Assembly: GCF_964194025.1 (NCBI RefSeq) | Contig: NC_134478.1 | Location: forward strand, 8,866,001-8,930,000 | DNA from: Convolutriloba macropyga | Lineage: Eukaryota | Length of the DNA: 64,000 bases | Direction: 5' to 3' | Notes under the pieces: generated by a model | What the model was told of the DNA's origin: nothing | The model's database searches: none | The model's input: the letters and a program-made list of their open reading frames with translations, nothing else | Program-made: the position numbers and the translations under genes | Shown here: in pieces, positions 49,770 to 63,312 of the stretch | Layout: every line of letters begins with the position of its first letter | Position numbering within the stretch: the stretch's first letter is position 1

Positions 49770-52700
49770 GTCAACAGACTCATAATACAAGTGTATTTAT
49801 TGTATACATCCCATTTGACCAATTGAGCGTAAATGTGAATATGGAAGTGAGCTTCAACCTTTAGATGGAATGAATTTAATTATGGAACAAACAAAGATGA
49901 TGCTGCTTTTAGAGAAATATTAACGCAAGAAATATGACTGGAATCTTTTAACCCACATCCTTTCAACTCAACATTTAGTTTGCATCTTTTTTTAGGGATA
50001 TTATATGCATGCAATAGTTTTCATTAGAGAAGTTAGATCAGAGTTGGCTGTGACGGTAGTAACATTATATATATTTTGAGTTAAATAAATATTAACATAA
50101 GAAATAAATAACAAACAATACAGAGAAACAAATGATTAAATATATTGACTTCAACACAGAGACAACATTATAAGGAAGATAATAAATACTTTACAAATTT
50201 TAGTGAAAAAATTTAATAACTTTTGATTCATTAAAGAAAAACACATTGTTTTTTGTTGAATGGGTTTTTTATTATCGTTCAAAGCATTTTTGTTTCTTTT
50301 TGGGTCTTCATTTTGGTATTTATATTTATTTTTTTGGTGGGTAAAAGTCTTGGCTAAGTTTTATCTTATCACTCTTCCTTTAAAATATCAATAGTTTCTG
50401 GTTTACTTTTGAAAAAACTTATACCTATTTTTTATACGTTACTCGAATTCCCCATCGTATCTTATATTACCGATCAATTCCGAATCAGCGAACCGCATCA
50501 TGGCTCTTCGTACGATGTGACACACGACCAAGTAAAACCATCGCTTGCTTCAAATTAACATGTACAATTGTGTTAAATGAAAAATTCTAAAGTGATGTTT
50601 TTATGTGGAACCAAAGTCAGTGAAGCTTCTGGAAGAAGTTTAGTTAAAAATACATAACTGTACGTCATTTTTTTTACAATTCCGTCAACATGGCAGGAGA
50701 GTCAATACAAGTGTATATAAAGTTATCATTCCAATTGAGTGTTACGGAACGATTGGGAGTGAGTTTCAACCTGTAGGTAGAAAAAACTTTAATTAACCAA
50801 CTAACAACGATAATGATGTATTCGGAGAGATTGTAGCATTCGAAAAAAATGTGATGACAAAATGATGTCCCTCAACAGACTCATAATTCAAGTGTATTCA
50901 ATGTTGTAATCCCTGTTGTGTGTTGTTAAAAGATTGGAAATGACCTTAAACTTGTAGGAAGAAACAACTTTAATTAAGGAACTAACAATGATAATAATGA
51001 TTTCAGAGAGATTGTAACGTTCAAAACAAAATATGATGTCAAAATGATATAACTCAACAGACTCATAATACAAGTGTATTTATTGTATACATCCCATTTG
51101 ACCATTTGAGCGTAAATGTGAATATGGAAGTGAGCTTCAACCTTTAGATGGAATGAATTTAATTATGGAACAAACAAAGATGATGCTGCTTTTAGAGATA
51201 TATTAACGCAAGAAATATGACTGGAATCTTTTAACACACAACCTTTCAACTCAACATTTAGTTTGCATCTTTTTTTAGGGATATTATATGCATGCAATAG
51301 TTTTCATTAGAGAAGTTAGATCAGAGTTGGCTGTGACGGTAGTAACATTATATATATTTTGAGTTAAATAAATAGTAACATAAGAAATAAATAACAAACA
51401 ATACAGAGAAACAAACGATTAAATATATTGACTTCAACACAGAGACAACATTATAAGGAAGATAATAAATACTTTACAAATTTTAGTGAAAAAAATTAAT
51501 AACTTTTGATTCATTAAAGAAAAACACATTGTTTTTTGTTGAATGGGTTGTTTATTATCGTTCAAAGCATTTTTGTTTCTTTTTGGGTCTTCATTTTGGT
51601 ATTTATATTTATTTTTTTGGTGGGTAAAAGTCTTGGCTAAGTTTTATCTCATCACTCTTACTTTAAAATATCAATAGTGTCTGGTTTACTTTTGAAAAAA
51701 CTTATACCTATTTTTTGTACGTTACTCGAATTCCCCATCGTATCTTATATTACCGATCAATTCCGAATCAGCGAACCGCATCATGGATCTTCGTACGATG
51801 TGACACACGGCCAAGTAAAACCATCGCTTGCTTCAAATTAACATGTACATTTGTGTTAAATGAAAAATTCTAAAGTGATGTTTTTATGTGGAACCAAAGT
51901 CAGTGAAGCTTCTGGAAGAAGTTTGGTTAAAAATACATAACTGTACGTCATTTTTTTACAATTCCGTCAACATGGCAGGAGAGTCAATACAAGTGTATTT
52001 AAAGTTGTCATTCCAATTGAGTGTTACGGAACGATTGGGAGTGAGTTTCAACCTGTAGGTAGAAAAAACTTTAATTAACCAACTAACAACGATAATGATG
52101 TATTCGGAGAGATTGTAGCGTTCGAAAAAAATGTGATGACAAAATGATGACCCTCAACAGACTCATAATTCAAGTGTATTCAATGTTGTAATCCCTGTTG
52201 TGTGTTGTTAAAAGATTGGAAATGACCTTAAACTTGTAGGGAGAAACAACTTTAATTAAGGAACTAACAATGATAATAATGCTTTCAGAGAGATTGTAAC
52301 GTTCAAAACAAAATATGATGTCAAAATGATATAACTCAACAGACTCATAATACAAGTTTATTTATTGTATACATCCCATTTGACCATTTGAGCGTAAATG
52401 AGAATATGGAAGTGAGCTTCAACCTTTAGATGGAATGAATTTAATTATGGAACAAACAAAGATGATGCTGCTTTTAGAGATATATTAACGCAAGAAATAT
52501 GACTGGAATCTTTTAACCCACAACCTTTCAACTCAACATTTAGTTTGCATCTTTTTTTAGGGATATTATATGCATGCAATAGTTTTCATTAGAGAAGTTA
52601 GATCAGAGTTGGCTGCGACGGTAGTAACATTATATATATTTTGAGTTAAATAATTATTAATATAAGAAATAAATAACAAACAATACAGAGAAATAAATGA

Positions 52701-54260
52701 TTAAATATATTGATTTCAACACAGAGACAACATTATAAGGAAGATAATAAATACTTTACAAATTTTAGTGAAAAAAATTAATAACTTTTGATTCATTAAA
52801 GAAAAACACATTGTTTTTTGTTGAATGGGCTGTTTATTATCTTTCAAAGCATTTTTGTTTCTTTTTGGGTCTTCATTTTGGTATTTATATTTATTTTTTT
52901 GGTGGGTAAAAGTCTTGGCTAAGTTTTATCACATCACTCTTACTTTAAAATATCAATAGTTTCTGGTTTACTTTTGAAAAAACTTATACCTATTTTTTGT
53001 ACGTTACTCGAATTCCCCATCGTATCTTATATTACCGATCAATTCCGAATCAGCGAACCGCATCATGGATCTTCGTACGATGTGACACACGACCAAGTAA
53101 AACCATCGCTTGCTTCAAATTAACATGTACATTTGTGTTAAATGAAAAATTCTAAAGTGATGTTTTTATGTGGAACCAAAGTCAGTGAAGCTTCTGGAAG
53201 AAGTATAGTTAAAAATACATAACTGTACGTCATTTTTTTTACAATTCCCTCAACATGGCAGGAGAGTCAATACAAGTGTATTTAAAGTTATCATTCCAAT
53301 TGAGTGTTACGGAACGATTGGGAGTGAGTTTCAACCTGTAGGTAGAAAAAACTTTAATTAACCAACTAACAACGATAATGATGTATTCGGAGAGATTGTA
53401 GCGTTCGAAAAAAATGTGATGACAAAATGATGTCCCTCAACAGACTCATAATTCAAGTGTATTCAATGTTGTAATCCCTGTTGTGTGTTGTTAAAAGATT
53501 GGAAATGACCTTAAACTTGTAGGAAGAAACAACTTTAATTAAGGAACTAACAATGATAATAATGCTTTCAGAGAGATTGTAACGTTCAAAACAAAATATG
53601 ATGTCAAAATGATATAACTCAACAGACTCATAATACAAGTGTATTCAATGTTTTCATCCCATTTGAGCGCTAATGTGAATTTGGAAATGAGTCTTAATCT
53701 GTAGAGGGAAAAATTTAACTTTGGAACTAAAGTTGATGATGATGCTTTCAGAGAGATTGTAGCGTTCAAAACAAAATATGATGACAAAATGATATAACCC
53801 AATAGATTCATAATACAATTGTTTTGTATGTTTTCATCCAAATGAGTTTTAATCTGTAGAGGGAAACAAATTTAATTATGGAACTAACATTGATGATGAT
53901 GCTTTCAGAGAGATTGTAGCATTCAAAACAAAATATGATGACAAATTGATATAACTCAAGAGACTCATAATACAAGTGTATTTAATTTTTTCATCCCATT
54001 TCAGCGCAAATGTGAAATGGGAAATGAGTTTTAATCTGTAGAAGGGAACAAATTTAATTATGGAACTAACATTGATGATGATGTTTTTGACATACCATAA
54101 AGTAAAACCATCGGTCACTTCAAATTCACATGTACATTTTTGCTATGTGAAAAATTCTAAAGCGATGTTTATATAAAAAATTATATTCAGAGATTTTTCT
54201 GAAAGAACCTTAGTTGAAAGAACCTAACTGTACCTGACTTAATTTTTACAATTCTCTCAA
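49770..54260 (+). repeat. Macro-tandem repeat, ~1282-bp unit x ~3, containing and followed by ~180-bp subrepeats
   Basis: Near-identical ORFs at 50888, 52170 and 53453 (offsets 1282 and 1283). The subunit marker ACTCATAATACAAGTGTATT recurs about every 180 bp in part of each unit and through 53440-54060. Confidence 0.95.
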
Positions 54261-54951
54261 ACATTGTCGGAGAGTGCAATTGAAAAAAAAAGGAAATTGT
54301 TGTTTTCGTGACCATATGTTGCATGCGTTTATCAGTTGGTACCGTGACTTGGTAATTATTTTAAAAACACCAAAAATGAGTATGATTGTTTAATCCATGT
54401 TTTATTATTCATTAAAAAGGGGCTAAAAATGTGTTTGTTTTGTCTATTTTACTCTGTGTTCAAGCAGATAAGTAACATATATAAGTAACATATATTACTG
54501 ATCCCAACATCTTGGCCGACATGTTCTGTATCCTAACCATTTCTGGTCTGCCAATAGTCGACCCGACCATATAGGTTCAGTCTACACAAAGTTGTTTCAT
54601 ACCAAATATTGATCGCCCGTAACGAAATCCAAGTTTAAATCAGTACTGGCTCAGTCTAAATCCAACTGCAAGTCAGAACTGATTCAGAGAATCATTCATG
54701 ATCAACTTAGCTTTTGCTTGTTCAACTTTAGACCAGGTTTGATATTAAAGTCGTCAGACTTGATTAAACCTTTTTCAGTACTGACTTACACTTGCAGTTC
54801 GGTTCGGGCAATCAAGATCGCTTCAATCATCTACATTTGAACTAAAGATCTCTTTTCCGTGGCCCAAGGCCATCTGACATACCGGTTTTGGGTCGTCATA
54901 CTTGTCCTGGGCAAAATTAATTTGGTACAGTTATTAAAAAGTTTTACTCAC

Positions 54952-56169
54952 GAGTACAGAATCTGATAGAGTCTCTATCGCCAGCAAGTGGGGTGATCAG
55001 GACACCGTCAAAAGCAATAGCGGTTACTGTGAGTACATAGGCTGTTCCAGTGACCAGATTGTACACATGGATAGAACCCACAGCAGCTGGAGACTGATTG
55101 GAGGAGAAAACAACGGAATCGCAACCATTGTCATCGTCAGACTCACATGAGAGACTGATTTGGGATATATTTGCAGATACATTCGAATCAACTGCCGACA
55201 GATTGACCGATGTCTTGGTTGTAGATGTGATCGACAAGGAAACTTGAGAAGAGACGCTAGCTGATTTTGTAGCTCCCCCAATTAAAGTAACAGCAGAAGT
55301 AGCTCCTACTTCAGAAAAAGTCGCACCACCAGTGCTTCCAACGACTCCCTCCATCACCCCGGCAGTGGTGCCAACGGCTCCCCCCATCACCCCGGCAGTG
55401 GTGCCAACGACTCCCCCCATTACTCCGTCAGTGGTACCAACGACTCCCTCCATCACCCCGGCAGTAGTACTAGCGACTCCACCCATCACTGCTGCCAGAG
55501 TGGTGCTTCCGACGCCATCGAAAACTCTGGTAGTGGAACCGTCAACCCCACCCATCACTGCTGCCAGAGTGGTGCTTCCGACGCCATCGAAAACTCTGGT
55601 AGTGGAACCGTCAACCCCACCCATCACTGCTGCCAGAGTGGTGCTTCCGACGCCATCGGAAACTCTGGTAGTGGAACCGTCAACCCCACCCATCACTGCT
55701 GCCAGAGTGGTGCTTCCGACGCCATCGAAAACTCTGGTAGTGGAACCGTCAACCCCACCCATCACTGCTGCCAGAGTGGTGCTTCCGACGCCATCGAAAA
55801 CTCTGGTAGTGGAACCGTCAACCCCACCCATCACTGCTGCCAGAGTGGTGCTTCCGACGCCATCGAAAACTCTGGTAGTGGAACCGTCAACCCCACCCAT
55901 CACTGCTGCCAGAGTGGTGCTTCCGACGCCATCGAAAACCCTGGTAGTGGAACCGTCAACTAAAACACTAGTGGTGGAATCTGGGTCGTTACTTATTGTA
56001 CTAGTTGGAACGATGTATTCGCATCCAGTGACGCTGGCTGCTGAAAATATTGTTTGCGACTGGCCAGTTTGGCTGAGCTCATAGAGCCATAGTCCTGGTG
56101 TTCCTATGTTGGACGAGTTCAGTAGACACCCAGCATCGGCACCACCGGAGAAAGGAAGTTCAAATTTGC
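54952..56169 (-). CDS. Next exon of the same gene: NIDO C-terminus, G/V/T-rich repeat stalk, FN3-like domain
   Basis: Acceptor TTTTTTTTCCAG|GC at 56170/56169 joins in frame with the phase-1 donor (...GINGPSI-G-KFELPFSGG...LLNSSNIGTPGLWLYEL, the typical NIDO end). FN3-like motif VYNLVTGTAYVLTVTA follows. The exon ends FCT C|GTGAGT (donor at 54951, phase 1). Confidence 0.85.
55345..55960 (-). repeat. Coding minisatellite: 7 x 69 bp (VDGSTTRVFDGVGSTTLAAVMGG) plus 4 x 33 bp (VVGTTAGVMGG-like)
   Basis: Near-identical 69-bp units (55481, 55550, ...) are visible in both the DNA and the translation. Confidence 0.95.
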
Positions 56170-57099
56170 CTGGAAAAAAAATTTTAATATCCGACACCTG
56201 AACAAAACGAAATTAATACATTTATGAATTCTATGCACTGAAATTAAGCGAATGAAACACGCCCGTGCAAATTTTAGAATGCCAGAAACCAACGCTGTCG
56301 ATTTGAGAACGCCAGATCTTCCTTTATACGGTGCCAGATCTTAAAGTACTCAAACATGCAAAAACGTGCTTGTCACTTGAAAATGAATCTGCAGTTTATA
56401 AATACAGCCCCAACAAAGACACACATGTTAGGGAAATCAAATTGCGAAATTTCACATTCTATAGCTGAATCACTTTCAAAATTCACATCATCTAAAATTT
56501 GAGACTCAGACNNNNNNNNNNNNNNNNNNNNNNNNNNNNNNNNNNNNNNNNNNNNNNNNNNNNNNNNNNNNNNNNNNNNNNNNNNNNNNNNNNNNNNNNN
56601 NNNNNNNNNNNNNNNNNNNNNNNNNNNNNNNNNNNNNNNNNNNNNNNNNNNNNNNNNNNNNNNNNNNNNNNNNNNNNNNNNNNNNNNNNNNNNNNNNNNN
56701 NNNNNNNNNNNNNNNNNNNNNNNNNNTCCTCTTTGGAGTTGGTTATTTTCATATAAAGAGGTTAAAGACGACAATCCTAATGAGTTCTCACTCAATAATG
56801 TTTCTGAAATAACGTATCTTCTTTCACAATAATTGGAATAGAGGAAGCCAACGTTTTCACTCCAATGTTTTGATTACAAAAACGTTTTCTCCCATTTTTG
56901 ATTTCTCTTGTTCTATAAAAGACTCCTTTGAGTTCGGAGTTATTTTGTTAGGCTCAGCTCTATGATTGCAAAGGGAAAATGTCGACCGCCGGTGGGATAA
57001 ATGGTTCCAGTTTTTGCTTTTTATTCTTCCCACAATACATAAATTTGAACAATTTCACGTTCGCGGACAAAGATAACCATGGATCAATTTGCCCGCCCA

Positions 57100-58950
57100 A
57101 TGAAAAACTTGCAACAACTGTGGAATTGTCAACCACTTCCCAAAAATGTGTTTAAAACTCTAAAAACAGAAACAACCCCAAACCAGTGGTAATCAAATCG
57201 AGGAGACTGTAGCACATGGCGTTGAGCTTTAATGAGTTAACTACGTCACAAGCTACATCCAATTTTCCAATCAAGTTTTTGATTCCACATATAAAAACTT
57301 GTATGACTGGGCAGCAGTCATAACAAGCAAAAAGGCAACAAAAGCGGAATCGCTAAATTTTTAGATACACTTTGGAATTACAGTCAGCACTGCAAACATC
57401 CATTTAGGACGTATTTTGTAGTATCGTCAACAAAAGTCTGGCAACAAAGATACTACGAGAAAATTCAACGTCGTCTATAATGAACCAATACAAAAATTGG
57501 CCAACTACAAACTTCAATTGCCTGCAACAATTAGAAATCACAAAAACGCATTGTTGACAGATCGCCAGAATGGCCAAAAAGCACGCAGCGTCGAGATCTG
57601 CTTCAACATTCTGGCAACAAAAACAACTTGAAACTGGTAAATTTTTTAACAAAATAACATATCAAACCCAATAACCTCCCAGATAACGTTATTAATACTC
57701 AATTCCCAGGACTTTTTTCTTGCATTGGTTTACCAAAGACTCACATAGCAAAAAAGCAGTACTCAAAAAAACTGCACCACCGAATACCAAAAATGTGACA
57801 ATTTCCTTTTAAACTAAAACATAGAGTCATTGAAAAAATTTATGGTCTACAGTTAAAAGGGTTTGGTGTTCTAAAAAACTTAGTTTTTCTGACTGATGAT
57901 AATTTTATTATCTCCAATAATCACAACTGTGAGAAGAGAAGATACTATAAGAATCGCATATGATTCGAATGTTCTCAAGCAACGGACACAAATAAGGATT
58001 AAATGCCAAACATCGAAAAACTCATTGATCCGATATCACAAAAAATCTGAAACTCAAAACGGTCAAAATGCATACTTTACAACAATAGATCAAAGATATG
58101 CGCATAGTCAACTTCAACTTCAAAATGATACATTTGAACAACGTAATTTAAACATTGATTGTGGAGAATGGACTGGAATATTATGTTTAAAAACTGGGTT
58201 TTACAGTCTAGCGTGCTTGGTTGCCCAATTCTAAAAAGCTATCAAAGATACATTAATCTGTTTCTAAAATTCAATTTGCTTTCTGGATGTTATAATCGTA
58301 TTCTGTACAGGTCCATTATATTTCTGGAATCAGTCCATTACATTCGTGAAATTATCGTAAAATTCACACCACTATGTCACTCAGTTTTTCCATTGTTGAA
58401 AAAATCGTTGACCTTTACATTTACCTAAAACCATGAACTTTTTTTGATTAATTCAAAGAGAAAATTGAGCCAAGTACCCAATATTGTCCGTTTAATCCTA
58501 GTTCTGAAAGTCGGATTAGATGCGATTTATCTATACCAATATTAGGTGGTGCGTTGGTAGAGAACAACGAAGATAGATGGAATCCAATTGCATTTGCGTC
58601 ACAATTTTTAAACACTACTGAAGAACATATAATGCAAACAAAATTGAATTACTGGTATAGTCTGTTTATTTGATTACATTAAATGCTACCTATATGGAAT
58701 ATTATTTAGTGTCATAACATAACAGATCATTGAGCATTTCTTTCAACTTTTTAAGAACAAAGATGTAACAAGTCAGACAATGGCCATTCCTTTCGACGGG
58801 TTGATTGACCAATTCCATGATTTTTTTCAATTGAACAAAAGCTCGAACTAAAATGGGCATTTTGAAAACATATCTCGAAACCCGTTTGCCAAGGCCAAAA
58901 TAATCTACTCTCATGACAAAGATTTTGTTGTAGTTACCTTTTCAAAAACA
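57100..58950 (+). mobile_element. Ty3/Gypsy LTR-retrotransposon pol fossil (RT plus RNase H), intronic and antisense to the NIDO gene
   Basis: RT motifs SPIITTVRREDTIRIAYDS, QMPNIEKLID, YFTTIDQRYAHSQL and KTGFYSL; RNase H motif LGGALVENNEDRWNPIAFASQFLN. No LTRs were seen, and the boundaries are approximate. Confidence 0.85.
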
Positions 58951-61048
58951 CCATATTCAAAGAAAAAAATCGCCAAAACCTAATTCAAAATCAAATGTAA
59001 CATTATCTCATAATAGAAAACAGTAATAAGATCAGATGAATAATGTTTTCACTTTGGCACCGAAAATGACACTGACCAAACAAGCTAAAGTGTTAGAATG
59101 CCAACATTCACAAGAAACGCAAATTAAAGTGTTTATAAAATTAACACTTTCGCAATGAAAAAGGGACACGTGAAAACCATATTAATCAAATTTCAAATTA
59201 GGCAATGGCGTCGCAAATGTGATATTTTTTAAAAGTGATTGAGTTTGATTCTGAGATTTTTGTTCATCAAATTGAGATATTTCTTGTGAATTGTCTTGTA
59301 TTGTGCGCATTGACTGTAAATGGATGTTTTTCTACGTTGTTATTAGTCAGTGATGTTTGTGTTTCGTCAGTTTGTAATTTTTGATGGAAATTCAGGAATT
59401 GCCAATTAATTTTCAGGGAACCAGCTGTATATTTAGTGAAATGATTCTGGAAAATTTGGTAAAAATGCCGAAAACTTAGCAGCAATTTTTTCTTTTCCTG
59501 TGTAAAACTGTCGTACAAGTTTACGCCAAAAACGAAGCATAAACGATGAAAAGAGGGCTAGAAACTCCAAAATATCCGTATCTGTAAACTTAGAGTCAGC
59601 GACTGTTGTCATGTAGGTATCTATAACTAGATAATCCTAAGATCTCTTTGACGGACATTGCTATGCAGCTCTAGAGGTAAAAGTGTATAAAATCAGTGAC
59701 TTGTTTTATCCGATTTAGAAATTCATACTTACTATCTCAGAGAAAACAGAAAAGTGTATCATAAACTATACAAGTTTGTGCACGAGTCTATATATCTCGA
59801 TGTAACATAATAGATCCTCTTGTGAGAGTCGAGCCAAAAAACTCTTCTTAGATAAAAGGAGAATAAAAGGAGAATGCCATTCTAGCAAATTTAGATTTTT
59901 CTGCTACTGAGGTAAAGGGCTGTCTCTCATGGAAAAAAACAGTGACCTTTGAATCGTACGTCTGTGCTGACTAGCAGATTAAATTCGTCAACTGGGGCGA
60001 CATTAACATTTTTGAGTGGTTGTAAATCTTCTCAACACTGCTATTTATATTGTTGTAAATCAAGTTCGTTCTCGTTGAAAGTAGATCTGTGGACAAAAGA
60101 GTCTCCATTCTGTATTAGTGTTTTACATAACAAATGGCCTAACTATTTGTATAAACTGTTTTGATATGACTCTACCTAATTTTTAGTTTTTTTTCTCAAT
60201 CTGTAACAAAGTGTAAAAGTTTTAGAGTGGAATGATTGCTGGTCAGTCCTTTTTACGTTTAGCGTTTGCAGAATCACTGTTCGCACTAGTTAACGAATAC
60301 CCAAGTAGGGCTCTCTTTTTGCCTTATACTTCCTAGGTATGGAGCTAATTATTTCTTCGCGCAAAGTAGACTTACCTAACTCTGTCTTAGTAACCGAATC
60401 TGGAAAACTGAACATAAACTGCAGTTATACCGGCAACGAATATACAAAGTGACGTAGTCAAAGATATATGCATTACGTGTCAATTTATGAGATTGATTGG
60501 AAATAACATACAGTCTTTCTTTAAAAAGAATAGAGTGTTTTCAGTATGCGTTTGGTTAAGGAATTCACTTATTAAGTCTCTGTCTGCTGCAACTTTATTT
60601 AAAGAAAACCAATATCTGGTCTCAACTCCTTCTCAATGAGCGTTAGGACAACTCGGCATAAATTTTCAATGAAAAAAAATTAAGAAAAAATTTTAAATAT
60701 TAGGCCAAAGAAAGACCCATGAAAAAAGTTTTTCTTGAATCATAGTTTGAAGGAAACCAAAATCAGGAATCAATTGAGTCGAGTTCTATTCGAGAAAAAA
60801 GTTTAGGTCGAGCTTAAGTCGAGCAAAATATTGTGTCGAACTAAAGTCCAGATGACAATAAAGCCGAACCAAAGTTTTTTTCATGGTTCATATTGGTCGA
60901 GTATGGTCTTTTCATAAGTCTAGTTCAAAATTGGGCAATAACTATCAAATACAGCAAGCAAATTTGTCTTTTCTTCGAAGTAAAACCAGATATACAATTA
61001 GTTTCCGTTATATGTTAGCGATCTTTTTGAAAATGTTTGAATAGCCAT

Positions 61049-61528
61049 CCCGGACCGAGGGTTTTCCCCAAAATAACGGAGAAGAGGGTGTAAAGAGTGT
61101 AGAAATGACATAATCACATTCATATTTCTTCGCTTATTGAAAGGCAGAAAAGTGTAATTATAAGAGTGTAGTTTATAAGAAATAAACGTCGAAGGAGATA
61201 CTGAGAATTGATCCCCTAATCTGCCCGTTGTCGAACATCTTACTTTCACTTTGTTCATTAATCATTGCGCCAATTCATACTATCATCAGAGGTTTCAATT
61301 TTGGTTATAATGTTAATTGTGTAGGAGTGTAATTTATTATCAGTCCACCCTAAATTACACTCTTTGCAAAGAGTACCAAAAGAATGGTGAAAATAGTGTA
61401 AATACAGTGTAATTTTTTTCAAAAATTACCCTCTTACACTCTTTTCCCTGATTAATAGGAGTGCAATACGCATTACACCTTAATCCTCGCTAATTAGGGG
61501 TGGATTAAGGGTGAAACCTCGGCCCAGG
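61049..61528. mobile_element. Degenerate CCCGG-type MITE in the NIDO-gene intron (AGTGTAA/TTACACT repeats)
   Basis: Left end CCCGGACCGAGGGTTTTCCCC; the right end read as reverse complement is CCTGGGCCGAGGTTTCACCC. The TSD is mismatched (AT/TT). Confidence 0.55.
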
Positions 61529-61737
61529 TTTTCCAGATCGAAGTTGAGTTCTTTTTTCTAACAAACTACAATTTAAAGGCTTATCTTGTGATCAAACTTA
61601 TTGTTCAGAAAACACCATGCAAACTTCTGGCTGAAAGCTTCAAGGAGAATTATCAGGATATCAAAATAGAGCCTGAAACAGGTTTTTTCTAAGCTAATTA
61701 CTTGTAGTCAACTGGGATATTATAAATAAATAAATAC

Positions 61738-62614
61738 CGATTGAGGGTCCATTAATTCCTGCCCGGACATAATTCCCATCGCCATCATTTTCAATGTACA
61801 TCAGGTCAAAGTAGTCGAACAGAGTGACACATCTTGAAGTCGGAGTGGTTTGACAGCAAATGACAAATTGGAATGTGTTTTGTTTGTCAACAACCTCCGG
61901 GGGTTGGGCGACCTTGTACCAGGATACCACGGTACCCCAGGTGGGAGCGAAACCATCCGTGATCAGGGAAGTCACGATGGCGAAGTCTTTAGATAGGCAT
62001 GCTCGGGAAATGACATTGTTGAGCAGTAATGTCACAAAACTCTCATTAACCGTGTGTGAAAAGATAAAATGCCTCATTGACTCGTCGAAATAAGACACAA
62101 ATTCAAAAATGTAGTAAGAACTCATTGTGTTGTTTCCAGCCGCTATCCAGTCTCTTATAAAGTTTGCTTTTTCAGCGTTGGCTCCATATAGAGGTTTAAA
62201 CGAATATATTTCAACTGAAGACAGGGTATCAAAACGGTTAGATGCTTGTTGTAAAACATCACAAATGGGCTCATAATTAGCGTTGCACCCTCCCCTTTCC
62301 ATCCAGTTATCAAGTCTGGTGTTGTTAATCAGGGCCACGGCTATCATGGTTGCGGACGGGCTATCGAAGTCATTTCCATCTACCCACTTGGTAGGAATCG
62401 GGTTTCCCGAAATATGGGGAAACAGATATCCATTTTCACATACAACAATTGAGTCGTAAGTTGTAGGGCCAACTTTGTAGCTTCCCACTCCAACATTGTT
62501 AACCACTGAACACTTGTCAACAGCTTTCCCCAATAGGACTGCATTACCACTGTAATGACCGCCGGGGTGAGGGGGTGGAAATACGAACCAGTTGATCCAG
62601 TCAAAATTGGCCAT
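61738..62614 (-). CDS. Exon of a NIDO-domain extracellular protein (N-terminal and core NIDO region)
   Basis: Uninterrupted 306-codon ORF with NIDO-type motifs: YDSIVVCENGYLF, MIAVAL, FAPTWGTVVSWYKV, QNTFQFVI, TLFDYFDLMY, VRAGING. Donor G|GTATTT at 61738/61737 is phase 1. An in-frame TAA lies 9 codons upstream of ATG 62614. Confidence 0.85.
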
Positions 62615-63056
62615 GATTAAATGGTCCAGACGAAAAAATTAATCAAGACTCGAATTAGCTCGCATTAGCTCCAATTGCCACGAAATAAACCGACCGTACA
62701 AGACTATGAGAAGTTTCGCGGCTATGAATCGACGACTTGACGGTACGAAAATGTGCGTCTATGATCAGACTTTGTGAGCGAGGCGAAAAAACACCCTCAT
62801 ATGCCCAGACAAGAAGTTGACAAGATTCGAAATTGCGCTCTTACGTCCAAAAAAAGTGCAAAATTATTCGAAATTGTGCAATTATAGACAAGCATGAGCG
62901 GATGGAACAAATATTGAAAGAGTGCGCAACGATGATTGGACAATCTTGACAGTGCGAAACTGCGGGACTATGATCAGTCACAATTTTAATACATGCTGAA
63001 ACTTTTTCTCATTATAATTTATTGTTATCTTGCTGCTTTTTCTACAAGAGCTACTG

Positions 63057-63312
63057 AAAAAAGTAACTATGAAAACTGAAATGTAAACTACATATGTTAA
63101 CTGATGAGAGAAAAAACAAAAAAGAAAAACATTCTTTTATTCTATTTTTTGTACTCAAATTTTATCAATTCTGTACTCAGTCTCTTGTTATTCATTGATT
63201 TTTCATACAAACAGAATAAAAGAATAACTTTCTTTTTGTTTTGCTTTTCATAGGTAAGTTATAGGTAAGTTATCATAAGTAGTTTACATTGCAATTTTCC
63301 TAGTTACTTTTT
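63057..63312. mobile_element. Degenerate foldback/MITE
   Basis: AAAAGTAACTA..AAATGTAAACTAC is mirrored by GTAGTTTACATT..TAGTTACTTTT. Inner ATTCTTTTATTCT is mirrored by AGAATAAAAGAAT. Confidence 0.6.

Noticed and set aside
55332-56084. 250-aa P/T-rich mucin-like ORF on the plus strand
   Set aside because: It is the antisense shadow of the repeat exon. The minus frame carries the NIDO and FN3 motifs and valid splice sites.
56170-56197. Exon start at 56197 (TTCAG|GTG), the start given by the ORF track
   Set aside because: It is phase 0 and incompatible with the phase-1 donor at 61738. The acceptor at 56170 restores the frame.
61694-61737. ORF tail GIYLFIISQLTTSN*
   Set aside because: AT-rich read-through into the intron after the GT donor; the NIDO domain continues in the next exon.
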